Below, one piece after another: positions 33,323 to 44,700 of a DNA stretch of 64,000 bases. A program made the position numbers and the translations under genes. Source of the DNA: Camelus dromedarius (lineage: Eukaryota); NCBI RefSeq assembly GCF_036321535.1, contig NC_087459.1, positions 28,830,001 through 28,894,000 on the forward strand, given 5' to 3'. Numbering within the stretch: the first letter of the stretch is position 1; each line of letters starts with the position of its first letter. Under the pieces are notes generated by a model. The model made no database searches, was not told the origin of the DNA, and saw only the letters and a list, made by a program, of their open reading frames with translations.

Positions 33323-34060
33323 GCACGCTCTGGGCGGTGGAACATCCGAGGGCAGAGCTCAAGGGACAGGGCCTGGAGTATAGAGCTGAGGGGAGAGAAG
33401 GGCGAAAGGGAACCGGATGAGATCTTAGGGCAGGGCCTGGACCGATGCCGCCGCCGCCGCCGCCTCGGAATCCCGCTAGATGAGGCCCCCGCAGACCAGG
33501 CACAGGCCCCCCAAACCCTTTCTCTCTTCAGCTCTGCCCTAGGTCCCTTTAGGCCCCGCCCCCAACCCGTACCTCGATGGTCACGCCCACCCCGTAAACC
33601 CTGCCCCTCGCGGCTCGCAGCCCCGGCCCTTGTCTTCAGCCCAGGTTCCAGAGCTCCATAAGCCCCGCCCCACCGCAGCCCCCGCCCCTTCCGGGCGTCC
33701 CGGGAAACCCGCCCCCTCGCTCTGGCCAGACTCTGCTGCCTGACGCAGCGGCCTCTTCCGGAGCTGCCCTTTCCGCCGAGACCTGTATCTGTCCCTCCCT
33801 GAGCTGGAGCCCACGGTCCTTCGGGCTTCCATCTCCGAACGGCCTCTTGTGCTATGAAGCTCACCTTCTGGTCACAGCATCTGCCAATCAACCTGTGGAT
33901 GGACCAGGGCTGCCATCTTCCCGGGAGACCGTTTCTGCTCTTTCGCCGTACGGCCTCTGTCATTGGCCAGGACGGCCTCGTTTCAGCCGTAAGTATACTC
34001 CCATTGGTGCGCTTAAAGAAGTGATTGGCTTGATTCCAGTGACGTAAAATTTTACGAGCG
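33323..34060 (-). promoter_or_regulatory. MOSPD3 CpG-island promoter/5' UTR
   Basis: CpG-rich; CCAAT/ATTGG at 33884, 33962, 34003, 34024; YY1-like GCCATCTT 33912-33919; TGACGT 34040-34045; (GCC)6 at 33447-33464. Confidence 0.7.
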
Positions 34061-34589
34061 TCTGTGGCTAGAACGCTAACCCTGGAATAAGTAGTTGGGG
34101 GACCCTGGTGAGGCTGGGTGTTGGGCTATGTTCCTTCCTTCCCATTCTAAGACAGTCCAGATGAGTAGAATCACATCTCGCAAGGGAGCCCTCTTTCTCC
34201 ACTTCAATCCCAGGCTCTCTTAGAAGCCTTTGTAGCAACGAAAGCCGCTTTTTATAGTACTAGTTGGGGGTTGCTCCCTGTTGGCCTACTGCTCTTCTCC
34301 TGATTCCTTCCTGCAGGGAACTCGGAAATCAGTCACACTTGCAAACGGAATTAAGATTCAACTCTGCTACTTAAATCGTCCCACCGAATCTTCAACTCCC
34401 TTTACAGCCTAGGAAACAGCCTTGACAAGGTGAAGAATATCACTCCTGGCCCACACATTTGGTTTGCTGTGGAGCAAAACAAAGTTGTCTGAAAGCCTTC
34501 CCTGAGCACCCCTATCAAACGTAGAATCTCCCCTTGTCTGTCCTCTTATGCTATTGTTTTCTTCCTAACACTCTTAGGGCTACTTGACA

Positions 34590-35285
34590 TCCTGTTTATT
34601 TTAGTTTATTTCTGCTCCTGTAGAATGTTCTTTCCACAAGAGCAGGGACTTTTGTTGTATTTTCCACACCTAAAATAGTGCCTGCCATTTGGAATGAACC
34701 AAGGAATGACTAGGAGGAACTTTTGAGCTGAGATCTGATTGAAGTTAGGAATCGAGCCAGGAGTTACCTGTGGAAGAGAATTCCAGATAGAAGGAACAGC
34801 AAAGGCAAAGCCTGGAAGCAGATGTGTACTAGAAATGGCCAAGGAGCCAGTGTGACTGGAACAGAGGTTGTAAGGGAGACAATACTCAGAGATGAGATGA
34901 GGTGAGAGAGAGGACGCAGAACCCCTAAAGCCTCAGAGCCCACAGCAGGACTTAGGATTTTATTCGGAGACTGAGAGAAACTATGGGAGAGTTGTTTTAA
35001 TTTCTTTTTTTTAACAGCTTTATTGAGATATTTTTGACCCATAACAATTGTATATATTTAAAGTGTACAGCTTGATGTTTTAATATATGTATACAGTGTG
35101 AAAAGAGCACCACAATTAAGCTAATTTACATATTCGTCACCTCTACGCAGTTACCATTGTCTGTGTTTGAGTGTGTGTTGAGAAAATGGGAGAATTTTGA
35201 GCAAGGAGTTGGCAAGATTCGACTTACATTCTTCTTACTATTCTTATGGTATGGTAACTATTGAGTTTAACGAATGAATGAAAAC
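34590..35285. mobile_element. L2 fragment interrupted by an L1MA/MB 3' end (~34995-35185)
   Basis: 'aacagctttattgagata...aattgtatatatttaaagtgtaca' is an L1M 3' end, inside L2-like text. Confidence 0.65.
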
Positions 35286-35351
35286 AAATCCCCAAGATGA
35301 GCACCAAAACCATGGAAATGGAGATGTGACCCCTTCCTCAGTCAAGAAACA

Positions 35352-35357
35352 TTTATT
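35352..35357 (-). terminator. PCOLCE polyA signal AATAAA
   Basis: TTTATT on +, ~50 nt after the TAA stop. Confidence 0.8.
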
Positions 35358-35405
35358 TGGATAAGAAAGGGGTCCTTAGGGCCACAGTCCGAGGCTGGCC
35401 TGGGC

Positions 35406-38400
35406 TTAGACCTGGGACCCAGCAGCCTGAACAGGCTGGGATGCGCACCTCCTCTTGCTGAGGTTGGTGAGGATCTGGTCCTGGTTGGGCCGGTAGGGAA
35501 CCACGAAGTTCTCTGGAGGAAGGATGAGACCTCTGTTCTCTTCCACCTGGCTCATCAGCAGGTAACTGGCTCCTGGGGAGGGGGAGGGAGGGATTGAGAG
35601 CTCATGTTATTGAGACCTTGTAGATGAACCTCCTCACCCTAGTCCCTCAGATTCTACCTCTATCGTGTTCATGAGGCTAAGTCCCCCTCTCCATTTCCCC
35701 ACATCTCCATTTCCCCACATCTCCATTACCTTTCTTCATGTGGGGGCAGTGCTTGCAGGGCACGTAAAACTTTAAGGAGGTGTCAGTGGGTGGAGATGGC
35801 AGATCCAGGCCTCCGGTTTTGTAAACACCAATGAGACTGACAGTCACCATGAGGCCCTCCCCTGGGCCCCGAACCATGGACTTCACTGTTGCGGTCACCA
35901 CTGTGAGAGAGTTGAGGTGAGAGGTGAGGAGACAGGAGGCCAGGGCAGGGCTGGAACTAGAAAGAAGGGGGACTTTGGGGACAGGAGGGGAGATTAGGGG
36001 AGCTGAAAGGGCAGAGCTGGGGATGAAGCTTCTTACCCAGGTTGCTGTTACAGAAGTTGCTCTGCAAGGTGCCTTTCCGCCGGCACTGCTTTGGGCAGGG
36101 GACACTGGCTGCACCTGGTAGGGGATGGGGGCACTGTTTGTGGAGGGTAACCTACCCAGCAGGTAGGAAGGACCACTTTCCCCACCAAAGCCTCATTGCT
36201 TTGACCATGTTCAGGGCCCTATCCAGCTTTGGGTCCCAGCACCCAGTACCAGCCCTTAGCACAGAGGCGACACTAGTGAGTGTTGTATGAACAAATGAAT
36301 GAGCGCAGGAAGGACCGCTGATACAGCTCCCTTCAGTCTGAGTCCACTTCCTCTCCCTTCCCAGACTCACCGGGGCCCACCGGAGCTGCCTCTGCCTTAG
36401 GTAGGGCCTTCAGTTTTTCCTCAGGTAGGGGTTCAGGCTTGACTTTGGTCCCGGCTCCAGGCTTGGGGCCTGGGCTGAGGAGCGGGGGACTCGACCGGGA
36501 GTCCTCCCCTGGGCTCCGGGCCGGCCCTTCTTCAGTGGCGCCCCGCGGCAGAGTCCTGTAGGAGGCTGAGAAGCCGTCGGCCGTGACGCTGAGGTCCGAG
36601 ACGAACTGGACAAGGAGCTCGTTCCCTTCAGAGGAGATGGGACTGCGGGCGGCGGGGCAATGGGGTGTGGCGGTGCGAGGGCGTCAGGCGGGCAGCGCAT
36701 CCTGCCCCCTACCCGGGCCGGTGGCCTTTTAACCTCTGCCCATCGGTGGCTGCATTAGCTTTCCGATTTCGCCAGCCCCACTCGCCTCTTGATCTGCGGA
36801 CTCCAGGCTTGGCCCCAAACCCGGCTGCCTGTCAGGCGGTCTACCTGCTCCGCCCACCCACCTGGGCGCATCCCGCGTCTTAAGCTAAGCCCCGCCCCTC
36901 CCACCAGCAGAGCGCGGTCCCCGACTCCCGCACCTGAGGCGGTGGAGACGCCCAGATTCCATCGCCCACCCGGGTCCGGCCCCCTCACCCCGGGGCGGTG
37001 TCGCCGCAGAACTTCCCCAGCCGCTTGGCGTCGTCGCTCACAGCTCCGTTGAACACGCTGACTGAGTCATAGCGGCAGTAGGAATCAGGTTCCAGGTCAA
37101 ACTTACCGAAGGTCAGTGAGATCACCTAGCGGCAGGGAACAGGCAGAGGCTGCGCGGCGGGATTCCGGGGCGGCCGAGGGCGAGGAGCCCCCACCTCTCA
37201 CCTCCTTCACCTCGCCGCTGCCTCCGGGACGCTCGCAGCGGCCCCCTCTCTCACCTTCCGCATCCCCTCGAACCCCCTCTCTTAATGCATTCAAAACACG
37301 GCTCGGAGAAACACACCCGTGGGAACCCTGCAGTGGCGCCCGTCGCCGTAGTCCGCAAGGTCAAGTCCACTTCCACCACCACCACATACACGTACGCAGA
37401 AATCAGTTTATATCAACATCAGGTACCTCGCTTTCGTAAGGCTCGTCAGTTGCAATTTTACATTTTTTGTTTGGATGCAAGCAGGTCTGGGTCTGTTTTT
37501 GCTCCCCACCAAGGCAAGCTCAGTGCTTGGGACATAGTAGATGTTCAACAAATCTTTGCTGGCTGCATGCTGGAGGACACCGCCTGGGTCCCCGAGGGCG
37601 GCTCGGNNNNNNNNNNNNNNNNNNNNNNNNNNNNNNNNNNNNNNNNNNNNNNNNNNNNNNNNNNNNNNNNNNNNNNNNNNNNNNNNNNNNNNNNNNNNNN
37701 NNNNNNNNNNNNNNNNNNNNNNNNNNNNNNNNNNNNNNNNNNNNNNNNNNNNNNNNNNNNNNNNNNNNNNNNNNNNNNGCGGTGGAGACCCTCCGTCAGC
37801 TGGAGGAGAGCTCTAGGCTGGGAGCCCGTGCAGAAAGCTCAGATGTCTGGGTCTCAGGATGAGGGGGCGAGAAGAGGAGGAGGGAGGAGGGGGGTAGGTT
37901 AGCAGAGAAGGGGCTCGGAGGAGCGGGGCTCAGGGAGGTCTTGGACCGCGGAGGGTATATCTCGGACTACCGGGCGCCCTGGCGGGCGGTGGAAGGGGGA
38001 AGAGGAATTGACTGGACACGCTCCCTTCTTGCCCCTCCCCCTGACCCGAGGTCACATCACTCCTCTTCCCCTGGGAGATCCCATCTCCCCAGTCCGGCAG
38101 AGAAGTCTCCATCGTGGCTGGAGAGTCCCCATGTTGTGAGGGTGCCCTCAAATTGGGGCACAGCCCGGGAGGCTCCTTTGGGGAGGTCCCTGCCTTAAAC
38201 ATTTTAGGGGAGACTTCTGCCGCCAGGAGGGGGTTGATGGGACCGCAATCGGGAGCCCTGGGCTGGGTGTAGGAGGTTCCGGGTCGGGGGAATCTAGTCC
38301 CCCGGTCCGGGGGTGCCCCCTTGCGCCCGTCTGAGGGAGCCCGATTGCGGACGGGGGCGGGCAGTTACTCACCGTCCCAGTAACCCCAGGCCGCCCATTC

Positions 38401-40411
38401 CACCCGCGGGTCCGTGACCCATTTCCGCCTCGCGCCTGGGGGGGGGCCTGGAAGAGGGGTGGGTGGGAGCGGGAGGTGGGGAGAGAAGACGGGGAGGAGG
38501 GACTGAAGGGGCAGTTAGTGAGGAAAAAGGGTTAAGGGAGATAATGGGGGCCCCAGGCTCTTGGGGTGGAGGTTAAGGCTGGGGGGGGGGGGCCTGCGCC
38601 AGGGGCGGGCTAGGAGAAGGAGAAGGCGGAGGTGAGGGAGGTCTCACCAGTGCCTGAGGTGGCCCGCCCGCTGTACCAGAGCAGGAAGCCTCGTCCTCCC
38701 GTGCCCTCGTCGGATGTCATCCTCAGGGTCACCTGGTTGCCAGGGGCGACTAAGGGCGCTGGCCGGAAGGTCCCACAGAAGCGTCCAAGCCGCTGGCCCG
38801 AGGTTCCAGTCCCAGTAAAGACCTCCAGAGCATCGTAACGGCAGGAGGGGTGCAGCTCCAGGTCAAAGACTCGGAAGGAGAGAGTCACAGTCTGGCTCTC
38901 AGGGACCTGATGGCGGGACAGGGGTGGGGACCTGCAAAGTCAGGCCAAACACAACCAGGTGGAGGGCACCTCCCTTTCCCCAAGCATTTCCTACAGAAAC
39001 TGGGCCTGAGCGGGCGGGGGCTTTGTCAGGGTGCAGAGCAAAGGGCTTGTGGCTTGCGCAGGGGACAAGACCTGAGGTCTGTGGAGAGACTAAAGTGGGT
39101 GGGCACAAAGTTGGGAAAGGAAAAGCAGGCTCTGAGTTAAGGTGTGAGGACACCTGCCACGTGTTATTGTGAGCACTGATGCCATCAGTGACCAGAGGGG
39201 AGGGGCTTGGACTTCCCCAGGGAGAAGCTGTGGTGCTTCAGGGTGGGCAGGGGGCCCACCCTTTGGCTACCTGGACCCAGGCCTTGGAGACTTTGACAAG
39301 GGGGTAGTGGCCAGAGGGGCCTTCTCACCGTTACTGTCCAGATGCACTCCTTATTGGGGGGGTAGTGGTTAGGGAAACCCTCACTTGCCAGGTAGCCGGA
39401 CTCCCCAGTCACAGACCCTCCGCACAGGAACACAGGTCTGGACAACAGAAGAGACACCAGCCATGAGTAGGGGAGTAGCGGGGAAACTGGGATAGGGTAA
39501 AGAGGATGGGGAGGCCAAGGAGGGAAACCAGGGGGATGAGGGAGAAAGGCCCAAGGGATCTGGGGTACCCTTAATCAGCCAGGACAGGACTGGGGTGGGA
39601 AACACTCCAGTAGAGGGTCAAGAAAAAGTGGGGCCAGCAACTTGGCTGTCCTTCCAGCCCCTTGGAGGCCCCACCCCCATCCCAACAGGAATTCCCGGAA
39701 TCCTCCTCAGCCCCCCTTCCTCATTCTCCCCCCTCGCCCTGCCTGGCAGTCAGAGACAGGAGCCGCCTAACTAATTCCAGATGTGGACACAGCCACGAGG
39801 CGGTTGGGAGGGGTGGGGGCGGGGAGATGAGAGAGAAACAGCGGCTTGGGCCCTTAGATTGAACCTGGAGACTGGGTTCCCTGAGCTCCCAACCTTTGCC
39901 CTGATCCAGTTACAGCTAACTACTTGAGTGCCTGACTCCCTAGTCTCCCCCCTCCCCCCCTCCCCAATCTCTCTAATTCCCTCCTAGAATCCAGATGTCC
40001 AGCTACCAGGCAAGTTCAAAGTCTTGGTGCTCTCAGGTTCCAGGCAGGGCCAAGGGTCTGAGTAGAGGGGGAGACTTAGAGGGCAGAGGACGGACTGTGG
40101 AGGAGTGAGGAGCAGTGGTGACCTGCAGGAGACAGTGATCTTGCAGCAGAGAGGGAGGACTTGGGGACCAGAGGAGGGTAGGGGCTCTGGGCGATCTGGA
40201 GGGGAGATGTTAGCAAAAGAATCCACAAAATCCATAGGCACAACACCCCCCCCCCCACCGCCTTTTCCCAAGGAATCAGGGACTTCAAGCTATCTGGAAG
40301 GTGCCAAGAGACCTACCTGGTGTAGTTGGGGGTCTGGCCCTGGGCGAAAGGCAGCAGAACCCAGGCAGTGAGGAGGGGCCCCAGGAGGGAGGCTGTGGCA
40401 GCAGGCAGCAT
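35406..40411 (-). CDS. PCOLCE: Procollagen C-endopeptidase enhancer 1 (CUB1-CUB2-linker-NTR); 9 exons, ~470 aa; exon 4 not visible (inside N gap)
   Basis: Exons 40411-40317, 39437-39329, 38906-38648, [exon 4 inferred in N-run 37778-37607], 37125-36989, 36642-36371, 36114-36037, 35900-35730, 35572-35406. Signal peptide [28 protein letters not shown] motifs (CGG..G...S.GFPN.YP, CRYD.LEV, GKFCG), NTR CPKQCRR... Confidence 0.95.
35689..35727. repeat. 16-bp tandem repeat (CTCCATTTCCCCACAT)x2.4
   Basis: Direct reading; abuts the PCOLCE exon 8 donor. Confidence 0.9.
37607..37778. other. N-run (172 nt), expected to contain PCOLCE exon 4
   Basis: Unresolved bases; see findings. Confidence 0.95.
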
Positions 40412-40466
40412 GGCCGGGCGGGGGGAGAGGCGCTGGGGTCCTCAAGACAGAGGCAGCAGCTGAGTT

Positions 40467-40493
40467 CAGCAGCGGCAGCAGCAGCAGCAGCAG
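40467..40493 (-). repeat. (CTG)6 CCG (CTG)2 in the PCOLCE 5' UTR
   Basis: + strand (CAG)2 CGG (CAG)6. Confidence 0.9.
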
Positions 40494-40714
40494 AGATAAT
40501 CAGTGCCAGATGAGGCAGCCTCGGGTGTGTGGGCGTGGGGACTGGCCAGTGGGGCGGGCGGTGGGGAAGGCGGGACAGGGAGAGCAGAGCTGGGACAGTA
40601 GCGAGTCCAGGGGCCTCTCTGGGTCCAGGACACATAAATACTGACCTAGTAGGGGTTGGAGCAATGAAGGGCAGAGGGAGCATCAGGGTCTCAGCCATAA
40701 TCCAGGCAATACAG

Positions 40715-40723
40715 TCACGTCAT
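40715..40723 (-). promoter_or_regulatory. UPRE/CRE-like element ATGACGTGA upstream of PCOLCE
   Basis: Matches TGACGTG(G/A), ~310 nt upstream of the ATG. Confidence 0.45.
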
Positions 40724-41491
40724 CTGGACCCCACTCTGTCCAGTGCCAGAGCATCCTTCCAACATAGCCTCTGGTCCTTCCCGAGGACTTTACATCCCAT
40801 CCATGATCCCCCGCCATTCCCGCTTCCTCAGCACCCACAAGTCATTCCCTGGACTCCCAACCCCTAATCACTTACCCTCTTCCTGACCACCCCCTGCTCC
40901 AGCTTATTTTCCACTTCAAATTTCTACTGTCTTCTCTTCATCCCGGGGCCAAACTAGGCCACAAAGAATTCTGTTCACCCATCTTCTCTCCCAAATATTT
41001 GGAGGTATGGGTGTGGGGTAGGGAGGCAAGGTATGTGGATAAAAGGAGTGTTTTACTTATTGAGGAAGAGGAAGCTGGAGTAGAAAGGAAGGGAAAAGGA
41101 CATGTGAGACCAGACCTGGAAGGTAAATGGGGGGAAAGGGGGGTTGACTTCACAGGGATGAAGGGAAATGGGTGAGAAGCTTTCTGAAGTCAGAAGGAAG
41201 CGTCTTCCTCCATCTGGTGAACAGAGCATCCGAGTAGGGAAACCAAGTAGACGTGGACTGAGTCATCTTGGAGGGCAGGGTGCCTGGTCTTGGGGTTGGG
41301 AGAGGAAAATGGGCTGAAGGATCCAGGTGCTGTCAACTCTGCAGTAAGTGACAGCTTGAGCTGCGGCTGCTCTGCCTGCCCAGTCACGCTCCTACCCTCC
41401 CTCGTCCACCAAGCGAGGCATCAGGTCCGCCAACTCCTGCCCTGTGTTCCTCCCAGGACCCAGGGTTCCAAACCAGGCCTTGCTTCAGCCT

Positions 41492-41497
41492 TTTATT
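41492..41497 (-). terminator. FBXO24 polyA signal AATAAA
   Basis: TTTATT on +, ~235 nt after the TGA stop. Confidence 0.75.
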
Positions 41498-41729
41498 GTA
41501 TTTATCCATCAAATCTTTTGTCCATGATAGTCAGGTCAGGGGCCCCTCCTGGGTAGCCCCCCAAATATTTTACAAAACATTTCCCTGCCCACCCTGGCAT
41601 GTCTAGCAGGCCCCACCCTCGTGTGGTCCCCCACCCCCACCCCAGTGTTCACTGCCACCACTTCATCTCTCCTTAGCCCCTGGCCCAGGGCTGGACTCCC
41701 CCTTCAGGGGTGAGACTAGGAGAGGGAGG

Positions 41730-44700
41730 TCAGCTTTCAGGGGTTGGGGGGCCTTGGCCAACCCCTCCAGCAGCCCTCTGCAGCATGTCCAGGGCCTCCC
41801 AGAAGAAATCTTTCTGCGCAGCCATCAAGGGCATCCAGCCTACGATCTCTTTCATCTTTTCCATGCGGTCCTGCAACGTGGGGCAACTGTGGATCTGGCT
41901 GAGGTACTCCTCACAGGCCCGGGCTGCCCCTCCGGGGTCCTCAGGCACTCCGGCCCCCAGGCTGGGCTCGGGGGTCCCCACCACCCTGCTGGCTGGGAGG
42001 TCCCTGTAGGCGGGATGGTGCTCGATGTCGTGGCTGGACAGCATGTAGAGGCACTCTCGGGTCGAGCAGAGAGAGCAGGCACACAGAGGGACCTTGGAGG
42101 ACAGACGCGGCGTGGCTGAGTGGGGCCTTAGTGAGGGGTTCCCAGGAAGCCCCAGCTGTTGTGTTCCTCCCACTCAGACCAGCCCTGAGCCAGCAAGTGA
42201 GCTGGCTGGCTGAGCCCCAAGGTTGTGCGAGGTCAGAGAGGACCAGCAAGGTCAGCTAAGGGAGAGCCAAGTGCCATGGTACGTGGCAGGACTGGGAGGT
42301 GGGTGGTGCTGGGGAAGCGGGCCCTGCGGGAGTCCCAGCTACAGTCCTAGGGGCCACCTGGCTCTGTGGCCCCGGCCCTCCCTGGTTGCTGGCTCTGCTC
42401 TGACCTTGACATGGAGCTTGACGAAGGAGGCGCTCCCCTTAGGCCAGCCAGGGAGGCGGCCTCCGGCCCCACAGCCACAGCCCAACAGCTCCTTGCTGAA
42501 GTCCGAGCCCTGGCTTAGCACCAGGGAGTGGTTGAGGCCACACCACAGGGCGATGGGGCGTTGCAGATAATGTACCTGAGGACACAGGGCCGGGGTCCCT
42601 GAGCAGGGAAAGCCAAGGGACTGGGGGGCCCAGGTTGGAGATGGGTGACAGAAAGGCTCAGGGCAGCATCTCAGGAAACTAGGGGATGGAAGAGATGGAC
42701 CCAGAATACTTCCCCCTCCCCTAAGAGATCTGACTGCAGACTGGCAGCCATCTCCCCTTCCTTTGTTCCCTGGCAGCCCTAGACTGAGCACAAGAGCTCT
42801 AGCATGTCTGTGGGTTCCTCCTCCTGGCTCCCTGGAACACAGGCTTCTTGCCTGAGTCCAGGGCCCACTATCTGCTCCCTCATCTGGGCCCCCGCAGGCC
42901 TGGGCCAGTCCATCCTCTCATCCTGCCTTCCAGCCTCGAGGGAGGAAGAGCCTTCCTCTTGCTCGCTGTGCAATTCCAGGTCAGGGCCCAGGAAGGATCT
43001 GCCTTCCCCTTATTCCTTCCTTCCCTCTCTAGTATTTTCAACTTGTCTTATCTTTCCAAATGGCCACCCTGTTTTGGAAAAACATTACCATCTGATTCCT
43101 GCTGCTTCCTACCTGTATTTTAGGCAGCAGGACTGGCTATGCGATCAGTCTGAGGTGGACCACGTTCTTGTTCTCACCACAGCCAGCCTCTCCTGAACCT
43201 TCTGTGATTTGGCTTCTCTCCCTGCTACACTATGATGTGTTCTCTCCAAAGGCACTTGACCTCCCAGCTGCCAAGTCCCAGGGCCTCCCCTGTACGCTTT
43301 CTCCTGAGACTGTGAGCGCTTTAATTCAGAAGACATACATAAGTAATTGATAGTCTTTATAGAAATAAAGTTATAAACTATTGGCAAGCAAAAATTAATT
43401 TAAACAATCACTGGAAATCCCACCACCCACTATTGCTGTCTGGCTGGATATTCTTCCTCACTGTTGCCTGTATAACCATACACACGAAAGTTGTCTATTT
43501 TTAAACAAAAATGGACTGTGTTCTGTAAACCATGTCATGATTTTTTTTTCACTTAAAAATATGGCCTGACCATCTTTCCATGTCAGTGAGTATATTCCTA
43601 CAGTGAGTATATTCATCACTGTCACCATTAACCACCCCCTCCTTTTTGAAACTTTCTGTGCGCATGGCTTTGGGGATGTGGCATTTGAGGGCGTGTCTCT
43701 GTCTCAGAGACAACTCTGTCAGTCCCTCTGCCTACAATGGCGGCTGCCACCCAGGTTTGCTCCTCTATCTCTGCTTTTGTGGTTTCAACCTCGTTCAACA
43801 TGGAATCCAGCTAGACATTTCTACTTTAGTGTTTTACTCTCACTGCAAAAAAAAAGTCCAAATTCACATTATTTTCTCAAACCAGCATTCCTTTCCAACT
43901 CACAGGTGTACTGGTGATACCATCTATTGTCACAGCCACCTATGTCCTAGGTCACTAGGTCCTAGTTTCCAGAACCTGTTCATTTTCTTTCAAAACACCT
44001 CACAAATCCATTCCTTTCTGTCCTCACTGCTGCTGTACCAGCCACAGGTCCTTGTCTCAGGTGCTCGAGTCACTCAGCAGCCTCGCTGGGCCTCTCACTG
44101 GTGGCCTCCTGTGCCCCCTGGCCGGGTGATCTATTCTCAGTCATCTGGGGGTTGCCTTCTCCTGCTCCAGAACTTGCCATGACTCTTTTCCAAATCTGTA
44201 CGTCTATAGATTCACAGCCACCTATATCGCCTCATATTTACCAGTTTCCAAAACACACTCTGCTCTAGTCAAGCCAGTCTTTCCACTGTCTCAGGGATGT
44301 GCAAGCTTCCTCCCCATCTCCATTACACAGGATGCCTTTCCTGGTACCCACCCGAATCCTATCTAACCCACTGGGCCCTGCTCGCATCTCACCTCTTCTA
44401 GTTACTTTGCTCCCTGCCCACCTCCCTACTCCACTCAGTTCCTACTGCACTTACAGCTCCCACCTCGTGGGGCCCACCCTGGGTGAGGCATGCCACAGTA
44501 GCACAGGCATTACGTACTGGTTGGCTTAACTTCCTGGGGAGTTGGAAGTGGATTCTATGGAAACTAGAGAAGTGAAGAGATCCAGGGGTTAGGGAATTAG
44601 AGGAAGGAAGGGGCTCAGGATGAGAGTGGCTGGGAAGCAGTCTCACCTGTGTGGGTTCCCCTCGGTCCATTTTGTCCCCTGTTCCCAGCTGCCCATATCT

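Noticed and set aside
33147-33963. 254-aa and other ORFs over the MOSPD3 promoter
   Set aside because: Arg/Gly/Pro low-complexity translations typical of CpG islands; non-ATG starts.
37945-37990. Segment loosely resembling the missing PCOLCE exon 4 (..GGGTATATCTCGGACTACCGGGC..)
   Set aside because: No CUB-like translation and no splice sites; the N-run with an adjacent acceptor is the better location.
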